From contig JAXLWE010000033.1 of NCBI GenBank assembly GCA_046328655.1, positions 502-64,501 on the forward strand: a stretch of 64,000 bases of DNA. Reading direction: 5' to 3'. This DNA is from Anaerolineae bacterium. GTDB lineage: Bacteria > Chloroflexota > Anaerolineae > Aggregatilineales > Phototrophicaceae. The notes beneath the pieces are model-generated. The model worked only from the letters and a program-made list of their open reading frames with translations, ran no database searches and was not told where the DNA came from. Both the position numbers and the translations under genes were made by a program. Positions 8,440-16,970 of this stretch are shown here, in pieces; positions within the stretch are counted from its first letter, which is position 1, and each line of letters begins with the position of its first letter.

Positions 8440-9000
8440 ATGAAGCGGCAGCGCAGCGTACTGGCTCTGGCTTATCACTGGCTTCTGCGGCTGTATCCCG
8501 GCGACTTCCGCCGCGAATACAGCCCGGCACTCGAACAGATCGTGCGCGATTGCGACCGCGCGACCGGCGGCTGGCACAATCGCCTCGCGTTGGGGCTGCG
8601 AATACTCGCGGACACTGTGTGGAACGCTGCGCAGTTGCATCTGGAAAGGCAGATGGACATGAAATCGTGGATGAAGATTCTGCTGGTTCTGGCGGGCGGC
8701 TTTGTGATCGGCTACGTGGATTATCGCGCCGGGCAAATCCAGGCGACCCTGCTGGTCATCGCGCTGGTTACGCTGCTGCTCGGCTTCGTGGCGCCGAAGC
8801 GGGCATGGTTGTGGGCGGTATTGACGCTGTGGTTTCTCGGCGGCGGCATGTGGCTGAGCGCCACGAGCGCGACGCAGCTTTATCTGCCCAAGTACCTGAC
8901 GATTGCGCTGATCCTGTTCGTTCCGGCGGAATTTGGCGCAGGCATCGGCATGTTCGCCCGCGCCTTCACCGACCGCCACTACGCGGCGAGACCGTCGTAA
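8440..9000 (+). CDS. Membrane protein with N-terminal LLRLYP..FR..Y domain of the type usually found downstream of PadR regulators
   Basis: LLRLYPGDFRREY N-terminus followed by about 4 TM helices. Confidence 0.75.
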   Translation: MKRQRSVLALAYHWLLRLYPGDFRREYSPALEQIVRDCDRATGGWHNRLALGLRILADTVWNAAQLHLERQMDMKSWMKILLVLAGGFVIGYVDYRAGQIQATLLVIALVTLLLGFVAPKRAWLWAVLTLWFLGGGMWLSATSATQLYLPKYLTIALILFVPAEFGAGIGMFARAFTDRHYAARPS

Positions 9001-9006
9001 CGGTCG

Positions 9007-9861
9007 TCAGTTCGCCGCCAGCGTGAAGCTGAAGGTGCTGCCCATGCTCGGCTCGCCGGAGAACAGCAGATCGCTGCCGTGCAGCTCCAGAATCAGCCGG
9101 GCGATGTGCAGCCGGAGACCCGTGCCGGGGTTCTGACGGACGAGCGCCTGATGCCGCGCGCGCCAGAACGGTTCGCCGATGTGGAGCATGTCGTCGCTGT
9201 TCAGCCCAATGCCGTTGTCGGCGATACTGAACAGTACGTGCGTGCCCAGCGTCTCGGCGCGCACGCGGATCATCCCGCCGAACGGCGTGTAGCGGATGGC
9301 GTTGTCGAGCATGTCGGACAGGATTGTGAGGATGAAGCGCCGGTCGCCCACCACCGGTGGAATCGGGTCGTCGGCGTGGATGTTGATGTGATGCTCGCGC
9401 TGCTCGGCGTCCTGATTGTGGCGCTGCCACACTTCCGCCAGCACGTCCAGCGGGCTGAACACCGACTGCTCGATGTGCAGGAGTCCCTGCTGCACCAGCC
9501 GGATCGTGTCGAGCGATTCGATCAGGCTCAGCGTCGTGGCGGCGTGTTCGTTGATTAGCTTGAGGCAGTCGGCTTGCTCGGTGGTGATGCGACCGAGCCT
9601 GCCCGCCCGCATCGCTTCTGCCTGCGCCTGCACGATGTGCAGCGACGGCTTAAGCGCCGCGAACGCTTCCGTCGACAGGTCATCTACCTGCGGGGCAGGC
9701 GGAGCGGGCGGGGGAGCCGCCAAAATCTGCTGGTGGAGCGTGTCGTTCTCTTCCTCAAGCTGGCGCAGCAGGGCGATCACGTCGCCCAGCCGGGCGGCGG
9801 TCGTGGGCGGCGCTGCTCCCTTCAGTTGAACCAGCGTGCGGAATGCCTGCTCGACCTGCAT
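9007..9861 (-). CDS. Histidine-kinase-like protein (HisKA-like + HATPase) lacking the canonical H-box His
   Basis: MLDNAIRYT, DNGIGL, FWRA, GTGLRL; H-box reads AFAALKPSL. Confidence 0.85.
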   Translation of the reverse strand: MQVEQAFRTLVQLKGAAPPTTAARLGDVIALLRQLEEENDTLHQQILAAPPPAPPAPQVDDLSTEAFAALKPSLHIVQAQAEAMRAGRLGRITTEQADCLKLINEHAATTLSLIESLDTIRLVQQGLLHIEQSVFSPLDVLAEVWQRHNQDAEQREHHINIHADDPIPPVVGDRRFILTILSDMLDNAIRYTPFGGMIRVRAETLGTHVLFSIADNGIGLNSDDMLHIGEPFWRARHQALVRQNPGTGLRLHIARLILELHGSDLLFSGEPSMGSTFSFTLAAN

Positions 9862-10748
9862 CAGCTCATCCCCGTCAGCGTGATGGTGAACGTCGTGCCT
9901 TTACCCGGCTCGCTTGTAACTGTGATCATACCGCCGAGCAGGTGGATGATCCCATAAGCCACCGGAATCCCCAAGCCGCTGCCCTTGAAGCCGCGCACCG
10001 TTTCGTTGTCCGAGCGGAAGTAGATCGTGCCAAGCTGGTTGAGGTCGTCGGGCGTCATGCCGATGCCGTTGTCCTGCACGGTAATGGTCAGCCTGTTGCC
10101 TTCGGCGCTGCCGCGCACGATGACTTCGCCGTTTTCCGGGCTGTAGCGCAGCCCGTTTTCGACCAGCTTGTAGATCGCCTTCGCCAGCAGCTCCCCATCG
10201 ACGTTGAGGATCGGCAAGCCCTGCGGGATGTCGACGGTCAGCTTGCGACCGAGTTCTTCGGTGAGTGGCTGCGCCTGCTTCTCGACCATCATGGCGATAT
10301 TCTTGAACATGTCCATCTTGAGGTTAGTGCGCAGCGTGCCGCCCTTGATCTTGGCGGTGTCGCTCACGTCGGTGAGCAGGGTTTCCATGCGCCGCGAGTT
10401 GGTGCGGATCGTCTCGACACACTGCTTCTGCATGTCGTTCAGTTCGCCCATGCTGCGCAGCATATCGCTGTAGCCGCGAATACTGGTCAGCGGCGTGCGC
10501 AGCTCGTGGACGGCGTGCGAGACGAAATACGCCTGCTCCTTGAGCAGTTCTTCGTGACCGGCGCTCGGTGTGGCGCTGGCGTCGGCTTCCGGCTTGGCGG
10601 TATCGTCGTCCAGCAGCTTCCTGATCGCCTCAAGCTGCCCCGGCAGCCGCACCGGGATGATCGCGCCTGTATTCGCCGCTTCGATCAGCTCGTTCAGTAA
10701 AGTCTGCGCCTGCGCCAGCGTTTCCCGCGTCATCAAGGACTCCTTCAC
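9861..10748 (-). CDS. Cytoplasmic histidine kinase without an evident sensor domain
   Basis: HELRTPLTSIRGY, LVENGLRYS, DNGIGM, GSGLG. Confidence 0.92.
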   Translation of the reverse strand: MKESLMTRETLAQAQTLLNELIEAANTGAIIPVRLPGQLEAIRKLLDDDTAKPEADASATPSAGHEELLKEQAYFVSHAVHELRTPLTSIRGYSDMLRSMGELNDMQKQCVETIRTNSRRMETLLTDVSDTAKIKGGTLRTNLKMDMFKNIAMMVEKQAQPLTEELGRKLTVDIPQGLPILNVDGELLAKAIYKLVENGLRYSPENGEVIVRGSAEGNRLTITVQDNGIGMTPDDLNQLGTIYFRSDNETVRGFKGSGLGIPVAYGIIHLLGGMITVTSEPGKGTTFTITLTGMS

Positions 10749-11539
10749 CGGACGACGCGCCAGAGCCTTTCGGCTGGCGTTCCGTCACCTATACTCAGCA
10801 TATAATCGCGCGACAGCCGCTCCATTTCCACCCAGTCATTCCACAGCACGTGCAGGTGCGACTGGTAGCGGCTCATCGCCTGGAACTTGGCGGCGCAGTC
10901 GGCATCGTCCAGCGGAAAAACCTCCGCCTCCAGTTGCAGCGGGGGGAACTGGCTGCCGTAATACGCCATCGCCTGCGGGATCGCCTCGCTGCGCCTCGCC
11001 TGCGGAAATTCCTCGTAAAACTTGAGCGCGGGCGCGTCGTTCGCTCCAGTCAGCACCAGCGCCCAGTCGCGCGTCAGCCGGTGATCGACGTGCTCGTCCG
11101 CGCCCAGCGGCGCGTAGATCGCGGCGACCTCCGTGAACGGCAAGCGCGTCTGGAACAGGAACAGCCGGGCGTCGTCGCCGTCGTGGATAGTCCCGAACGG
11201 GCTGGCGTAATCCGGGTACAGGGCGATCCAGTCGCCATCACCGCTCAGCGTGCCGCGAAATGCGGCTTCCGTCAAGGGCAGGTGATAAACCTGCGCCCGA
11301 AGCTGCTGCGCCGCTGCCGCGTCCTCGGCGCGCCGCGCGCGGAACGGGTAGTCGCCGCCGCGCCAGCGCACGCGGATCATGCGCGCGACCGGGCTTTCCG
11401 GCAGCGGCTCACGCGGCTCGCCCGCCATCGCCGTGACGATAATCACCCGCTCTCCGCTCCGCACAAGCTGGCACATGACGCCGCCGCAGCTCAGGACGGC
11501 ATCGTCCAGATGTGGAGACAGGAACAGGTGAACACCCAT
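10745..11539 (-). CDS. PIG-L/LmbE family deacetylase
   Basis: FLSPHLDDAVLSCGG, RRAED, HVDH metal-binding motifs, YEEFP, YQS. Confidence 0.9.
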   Translation of the reverse strand: MGVHLFLSPHLDDAVLSCGGVMCQLVRSGERVIIVTAMAGEPREPLPESPVARMIRVRWRGGDYPFRARRAEDAAAAQQLRAQVYHLPLTEAAFRGTLSGDGDWIALYPDYASPFGTIHDGDDARLFLFQTRLPFTEVAAIYAPLGADEHVDHRLTRDWALVLTGANDAPALKFYEEFPQARRSEAIPQAMAYYGSQFPPLQLEAEVFPLDDADCAAKFQAMSRYQSHLHVLWNDWVEMERLSRDYMLSIGDGTPAERLWRVVR

Positions 11540-11542
11540 TAC

Positions 11543-13378
11543 TTACTCTTTCGCCGCAGCGACCGAGAATGTGAAATTGCTTCCCTTGGCGACGTGGCTT
11601 TCGACCTGAATATGCCCGCCCATCTGCTCGACCAGATTGATCGTGATGGCGTAGCCGAGACCTGTCCCCGGCTGCGAGCGGGTGTAATCGTCCTCCGCGC
11701 GCCAGAACTTCGTGCCCAGCTTCTTGATCGACTCGCGCGTCATGCCGATGCCGGTATCGCTGATGCAGAATTCGACGCGGTCGTCGGCGCGGCGCACCGT
11801 CAGGGTGATTGTGCCACCATCCGGCGTATATTTGTAGGCATTGCTGGCAAGATTGGTCAGCACTTGCAGCAGGCGGTAGTAATCGACCCACATCGGCGGC
11901 AGGTCGGGTTCGATTTCCTCGACGAACGTGTGCCCGCGCGCCTTGATCTGGGTCATGATGGCGTCGCGCAAGCCCTGAACGACATCCGGCACGTCGACGC
12001 GCGTCTCGTTCATGTAGAAATGCCCGCTCTCGATGCGGCTGATGTCCGCCAGGTCGGAGACCAGCATCTCCATGCGCTTGACCGTGTCGCGGATGCGGTT
12101 GAGGTAGTTGGTCTGCTGGTCTTGCAGGTTGCCGTCCATCAGCGTCAGGTCGGCATAGCCCAGGATGCTGGTCATCGGCACTTTGAGGTCGTGGGCGACG
12201 ATGCCGACGAACTCGCTCTTGGCGCGGTCGGCGGCTTGCATCGCCGCGTACAGCCGCGCGTTTTCGATGGCGACGGCTGCCCGCGCCACCAACCGCTCGA
12301 CCACTTCCTTCTGCTCGTCGCTGAACGCGCCCCGCCGCCGCAGGATGATGACCGCGAACACTTTCTGCTCGCGTCGCACCGGGATGATCAGTACGCCGAA
12401 ATGACGGCGCTCGTCGTTGATGGCGACGGTTTCGCCGCTTTCGACCACTTCCATCGCCTGCGGGTAGGTCTTTTCGAGGAAGATCGGCAGCGTGTCGTCG
12501 ATCTCGATTCCGTAGCTGTGCGCCGTCGGGATGTTCTTGCCGTCGATCAAGCCGAAGTAGCCCACGTCGGCGCTGGCGAGCCGCGCTGCCCATTCGAGCG
12601 TGTATGCCATCGCCCGCTCGGCATTGAGCGTCTCGTTAAGCTGGAGGTCGATGCGCCGTAGCTGGCGCAGTTCTTCCACGCGCTCGGCGAGCTTCTGGTC
12701 GGTGGCGCTGTACAGCCGGGCGTTGTCGATGGAGATGGCGGCTTGCCCGGCGAAAGCGTCGAGCGTCGCCAAATCTTCCGCCTCGAACAAGCCGGTTACG
12801 GCGGTGTTGTCGACGTAGATTGCCCCGATCACCCTGCCGCGCACGCGCAGCGGCGTCGCCATGATGCTGCGCAGCGCCTGACCGATGATGCTCTCCTGAA
12901 CCGAAAAGCGCGGGTCTTCCAGCGCGTTGGTCGTCACGACCGATTCGCCGGTGTCCATCACCTGATTGACAATCGTCCGGCTGTACTGGAACTTGTCGCT
13001 GGTCAGAGTCTGGTGGTCGAAGTTGCGCGCCGCCTTGACCTCGACCTGACCGTCGTCGTTGCGCAGCATCAGGAAGCCGCGCTCGGCTTTGGTGAGCTGG
13101 ATGATCGAATCCATGACCTGATTCAGCACCGTCTGCAAGTCGAGCGACGAGCCGAGCAGCCGGCTGACGTTGTAGAGCGCTTCCAGCCGCTCCTGCTTCT
13201 TCAACTGGCGGTGCTCGTGTTCGAGCCGCTCCAGCAGGTCGATCATGCGCCCGACCTGCTTGTCGAGGAAGCTCGCCTCGACGCGCCCGATCTGGAGCTG
13301 CGCCCGCAGCAGATTCAGGTTGTGGCGCATTCCGCCCAGTTCGCTATCGTTCACTTGCATGAGGGTTTTGTCGGTCAT
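11543..13378 (-). CDS. GAF-GAF histidine kinase with N-terminal coiled coil
   Basis: Two GAF domains ending in AISIDNARLY and AVAIENARLY; HDLKVPMTSI, LASNAYKYT, DTGIGM, GTGLG. Confidence 0.93.
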   Translation of the reverse strand: MTDKTLMQVNDSELGGMRHNLNLLRAQLQIGRVEASFLDKQVGRMIDLLERLEHEHRQLKKQERLEALYNVSRLLGSSLDLQTVLNQVMDSIIQLTKAERGFLMLRNDDGQVEVKAARNFDHQTLTSDKFQYSRTIVNQVMDTGESVVTTNALEDPRFSVQESIIGQALRSIMATPLRVRGRVIGAIYVDNTAVTGLFEAEDLATLDAFAGQAAISIDNARLYSATDQKLAERVEELRQLRRIDLQLNETLNAERAMAYTLEWAARLASADVGYFGLIDGKNIPTAHSYGIEIDDTLPIFLEKTYPQAMEVVESGETVAINDERRHFGVLIIPVRREQKVFAVIILRRRGAFSDEQKEVVERLVARAAVAIENARLYAAMQAADRAKSEFVGIVAHDLKVPMTSILGYADLTLMDGNLQDQQTNYLNRIRDTVKRMEMLVSDLADISRIESGHFYMNETRVDVPDVVQGLRDAIMTQIKARGHTFVEEIEPDLPPMWVDYYRLLQVLTNLASNAYKYTPDGGTITLTVRRADDRVEFCISDTGIGMTRESIKKLGTKFWRAEDDYTRSQPGTGLGYAITINLVEQMGGHIQVESHVAKGSNFTFSVAAAKE

Positions 13379-14058
13379 ACGGTGCTCTGATAATAATCAC
13401 AATACGGTGTCAGCGGACAGGCTTCGCAGCGTGGGCGGCGCGCCTGGCACAGTTCGCGCCCCAGCCGGATCAGGTTGATGTGAAAATTGAAGTAGTCCTC
13501 AGGCGGGACAATCGCTTCCATCACCGGGTGCGCGTCGTCGGCGCTGATGCCCTGCGGCAGAAAGCCGATGCGCTGCCCGACGCGGTGGATGTGCGTATCC
13601 ACCGGGAACGCCGGGCGCATGAAGGCGAAGCACAGCACGATTGCCGCCGTCTTGGGACCGACGCCGTGAAAGCTCGTCAGCCACGCTTTGGCTTCCGGCA
13701 CGGGCAGGTCGCCCAGAAAGTCGATGTTCAGCTCGCCGCGCTCGGCGTAGATGCGCCGCAGGATTTCCTGAATGCGCGGACCTTTCTGGTTCGCCAGCCC
13801 GGCGGGCTTGATCGCCGCGATCACGGCTTCGGTCGGCGCGTTCATCACGTCTTCCCAGGTGGGGAACGCCTGCTTGAGCGCGGCGAACGCCCGGTCGCGG
13901 TTGTTGTCGTTGGTGCTCTGGCTCAGCACGCAGTCGATCAATTCGTCCAGCGGCGGCAGGAAGGGACGCCATTCCAGCCGCCCGAACATCTCGTGCAGGG
14001 CAGCAGCGACCGGCTCGTACTTCGCCTTGCGGCGCTCGAAATCCGTTACAGTTATCAT
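13375..14058 (-). CDS. nth: Endonuclease III-family HhH-GPD DNA glycosylase with 4Fe-4S motif
   Basis: VLSQST, LTSFHGVGPKTA, FPVDTH, C-x6-C-x2-C-x5-C. Confidence 0.88.
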   Translation of the reverse strand: MITVTDFERRKAKYEPVAAALHEMFGRLEWRPFLPPLDELIDCVLSQSTNDNNRDRAFAALKQAFPTWEDVMNAPTEAVIAAIKPAGLANQKGPRIQEILRRIYAERGELNIDFLGDLPVPEAKAWLTSFHGVGPKTAAIVLCFAFMRPAFPVDTHIHRVGQRIGFLPQGISADDAHPVMEAIVPPEDYFNFHINLIRLGRELCQARRPRCEACPLTPYCDYYQSTV

Positions 14059-14060
14059 AC

Positions 14061-14076
14061 TGTGAATACTATCACA
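14061..14076. promoter_or_regulatory. Perfect CRP-type box TGTGA-N6-TCACA next to the nth start codon
   Basis: TGTGA ATACTA TCACA. Confidence 0.6.
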
Positions 14077-14177
14077 CCCTTCACGATCTTCCCGTAATCG
14101 AGATCGAAAAAAATTCCTAACGACCGACGAGGACGATTTTTCAGGTATGCGGCGGCTTGACGGCTCGATTATAACCC

Positions 14178-15215
14178 TTAGCCAACGATCAGCGTGCCCA
14201 GGTAGCGCCCGTTGGCGACCTGCTCGAATGAGCCATCGCTGACGGTCGCCTTCCAGGTCGTCTGCGTCTGGGGGTCGGTGAACAGGATGGCGCTGTCGTC
14301 CTCCGTCCACTGGATGGGGCGCAGCAGCCGGTCGGTTGGCGCACCGAGCGGGCGCTGCGTCAGCGTGAGCAGATCGACCAGCACGATCACGGTCTGCACC
14401 GACTGTTGCGCGGTTCCGAAGTTGCTGATCTGCGCCAGCGCGTAGACGGCGCGCTTGCCGTCCGGCGCGATCAGCACGTCGCCGCCCTGCGTGAAGTTGT
14501 TGACCGGTGGGAGCGTCGTCTCGCTGGCGTTGCGCAGGTTGCGGATGCGCAGGCTGAAGCCGCTGTCCGCCAGCGTCAGGCGCAGGAAGAAATCCGCGCC
14601 GATACCCGCTCCGCAGAAGCAGCCCGGCTCGCCCGGCAGCGCGCTGGTCTCGCCGCTGCTCAGGTCGAGCGCGAACAGCCCGGCGTACTGCCGGAATGGG
14701 GTCAGGTCGCCGATGGTGTTGGGCTGGTAATCCATGTACAGCACCGATTCATCCGAGTTGAAGGCGACCGGGTAGGCGCGGATGCCGTCGCGGGGACCGT
14801 CCGTGAATACCTGGCGCGTGTTTACGCCGTCGATTCCCGCGACCCAGGTAGTCGTCGTCAGCGCCGACGGATCGCCGCTCGTCTCCGTCCAGGCGATCAC
14901 CTGCTCGTCGTGCGAAACGCTCCAGTCGACGCGGGTGACACCTTCGCCTGGCTGGACGAACGGATGCGGGCTGAGCCTGCCGTTAGGGTCGGCGACCATC
15001 ACGCGGCGGCTTGCCTGGTCGAAGAACATGACCGAGCCGTTCACGAGCGTGAAGCGGTCGCCCGTGACGGCGACGTTGTGGGCGTCGCCGGTCATCAGGT
15101 CGATGAACGTGAGTTGACTGCCGGATGTGAGAAAGACCTGACGGGCGTCGTCCTGCGCGGCGGCGCGAAAGACCAGCAGGAAGCCGATCAGCGCAAGGGT
15201 GATGGCTCTACGCAT
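14178..15215 (-). CDS. Secreted beta-propeller-like (TolB-like) protein
   Basis: Signal peptide ending AAA-QDD; repeats such as WSVSHDEQVIAW, FNSDESVLY, IAPDGKRAVY, WTEDDSAIL. Confidence 0.75.
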   Translation of the reverse strand: MRRAITLALIGFLLVFRAAAQDDARQVFLTSGSQLTFIDLMTGDAHNVAVTGDRFTLVNGSVMFFDQASRRVMVADPNGRLSPHPFVQPGEGVTRVDWSVSHDEQVIAWTETSGDPSALTTTTWVAGIDGVNTRQVFTDGPRDGIRAYPVAFNSDESVLYMDYQPNTIGDLTPFRQYAGLFALDLSSGETSALPGEPGCFCGAGIGADFFLRLTLADSGFSLRIRNLRNASETTLPPVNNFTQGGDVLIAPDGKRAVYALAQISNFGTAQQSVQTVIVLVDLLTLTQRPLGAPTDRLLRPIQWTEDDSAILFTDPQTQTTWKATVSDGSFEQVANGRYLGTLIVG

Positions 15216-15978
15216 CGTCGCCGAGCGCAGCCAGCACGCGCGGGAGCGTTTCGCCGGAAGGCGCAGGCAGCCAGAGGTCGGCGAGCGGGGTGATCTCGCT
15301 CTCGACCGGGTTGAACTCGATAATCTTCGCGCCGTGTCGCTTGGCGAGCGCCGGGAGGTCGGCGGCGGGACGGACGACGCCCGACGTGCCGATCACCAGC
15401 ATCACGTCGGTCTGGTCGACGGCATCGTGGGCTTTATCCAGCGCTTCGGCGGGCAGCACCTCGCCGAACCAGACCACGTCCGGGCGCACCGGGCTGCCGC
15501 AGTACGGGCAGCGCGGTGGTCCGCTGGCGCGATCCCAGTCCAACTGGCTCACGTCGACCGGCGTCGGGTTGCCCCGGCAGTTGGCGGAGCAGCGATTGGC
15601 TTCGATGCGCCCGTGCAGGCGGATTACGTGATGGCTTCCGGCGCGCTCGTGCAGGTCGTCGACGTTCTGCGTGATGATCTGCATCGCCGGGAAGCGGTGT
15701 TCCAGCGCCGCCAGCGCGCGGTGTGCCGCGTTCGGCTGTGCCGGGCGCATCAGCTCGCGGCGGTATTCGTAAAAATCCCAGACCAGCTTCGGATCCTGCT
15801 CGAACGCCTGCCGGGTCGCCAGTTGCGCCGGGTCGTGCTGTTCCCACAGCCCGGTCAGCGCCTCGCGGAAGGTGGGCACGCCCGATTCAGCGCTGACGCC
15901 CGCACCGGTGAGCGCCGTCAGGTGCTGGCTGCTGCGGATGAGTTCGGCTGCTTGCTGGATAAGATGTTCAAGCGTCAT
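15208..15978 (-). CDS. cobB: NAD-dependent protein deacylase (sirtuin, class III-like)
   Basis: TGAGVSAESGVPTFR, ITQNVDDLH, LHG, two CxxC pairs, RPDVVWFGE, IGTSG; FYEYRR Tyr/Arg pair. Confidence 0.93.
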   Translation of the reverse strand: MTLEHLIQQAAELIRSSQHLTALTGAGVSAESGVPTFREALTGLWEQHDPAQLATRQAFEQDPKLVWDFYEYRRELMRPAQPNAAHRALAALEHRFPAMQIITQNVDDLHERAGSHHVIRLHGRIEANRCSANCRGNPTPVDVSQLDWDRASGPPRCPYCGSPVRPDVVWFGEVLPAEALDKAHDAVDQTDVMLVIGTSGVVRPAADLPALAKRHGAKIIEFNPVESEITPLADLWLPAPSGETLPRVLAALGDDA

Positions 15979-16160
15979 CTAGTCATCTCGCCGTGAGGTT
16001 TGCGAGCTTCCAATTATAACAGACGGATTGAAAAGCCGTCAGCATGAGTAAGGGATTTCAGAATAGGGATGTTGTGGATAAAAGGGGGAGAAGGGGCGCA
16101 GATGCATTCTTTTTAGATTGCCTCGCCGCGCCCCACTATTCGATTGATGAGCCGGGGCTG

Positions 16161-16970
16161 CTACACGCCGACATCCCGGCGCTCGAAGAACCACAGGCTG
16201 CCGACCGCCAGCACGACCGTCACCACGACCAGCAGCAGGATATTCCCCCAGTTCAGCCCGGTGGACATGATGTCGCTGCCGCCGTAGTAGTTGAAGAACG
16301 AGATCGCCTGCAGCGACGCCGCCGCCGATCCGCTGGCGGCAGAGCCGAGGAAGTTGATGAAATAGCTGACGATCACGAACGCCGTCGCCACTGCCGCCGC
16401 AGCGCCCCGGCTGCGCATCACCGTCCCGGCGAATACCGTCGCCGCCAGCATCAGCAGCGTGCTTGGCAGCATGTTGACGATTCCCTCCGCCATCCGCCCG
16501 ATGTCGAAGCCGAGCGTGGTGGTAGTCAGCGTCGCGCCCCACATGCTGACGAACGTCAGCACGAGGATTCCGACGATCAGCACGGTGTAAGCGAGAAAGC
16601 GCTCCAGCACGACGCGCCAGCGCGGGATCGGCAGGCTGAGCGTGATATCCATGATGCCGCGATCTTCCTCATTGGCGGTGACGTTCAGCCCGGCGATTAC
16701 GACGTAAGCCGCCAGAATCAGCAGCGCGTAGCCGAAGAAGGCGAAACCGAGAAAGCCTGACGGCGTTGCCATCGCCGATACGTCCTCGATGCCGAACGCC
16801 TGCAGCAGCAGCGGCGGCATACTCTGCGCCAGTTGCGCGTACTGATTGAGCATATCCACGTTCGGGATGACGACGATGGCGTAGACGCCCAGCATTGCGA
16901 TGCCGATCCCCCAGTACAAGCCTGCCCGCCAGTTGCGCGACAGGGTATTCATAAAGACCACGCCGCTCAT
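16161..16970 (-). CDS. ABC-2 type exporter permease
   Basis: About 6 TM helices, EEDRGIMDITLSLPIPR motif, C-terminal FERRDV. Confidence 0.88.
   Translation of the reverse strand: MSGVVFMNTLSRNWRAGLYWGIGIAMLGVYAIVVIPNVDMLNQYAQLAQSMPPLLLQAFGIEDVSAMATPSGFLGFAFFGYALLILAAYVVIAGLNVTANEEDRGIMDITLSLPIPRWRVVLERFLAYTVLIVGILVLTFVSMWGATLTTTTLGFDIGRMAEGIVNMLPSTLLMLAATVFAGTVMRSRGAAAAVATAFVIVSYFINFLGSAASGSAAASLQAISFFNYYGGSDIMSTGLNWGNILLLVVVTVVLAVGSLWFFERRDVGV

Noticed and set aside
2362-15978. TIR plus sirtuin as a Thoeris-like defence system
   Set aside because: They are 11 kb apart on opposite strands, and the sirtuin is a canonical Zn-binding CobB deacylase, not a ThsA/SIR2 effector
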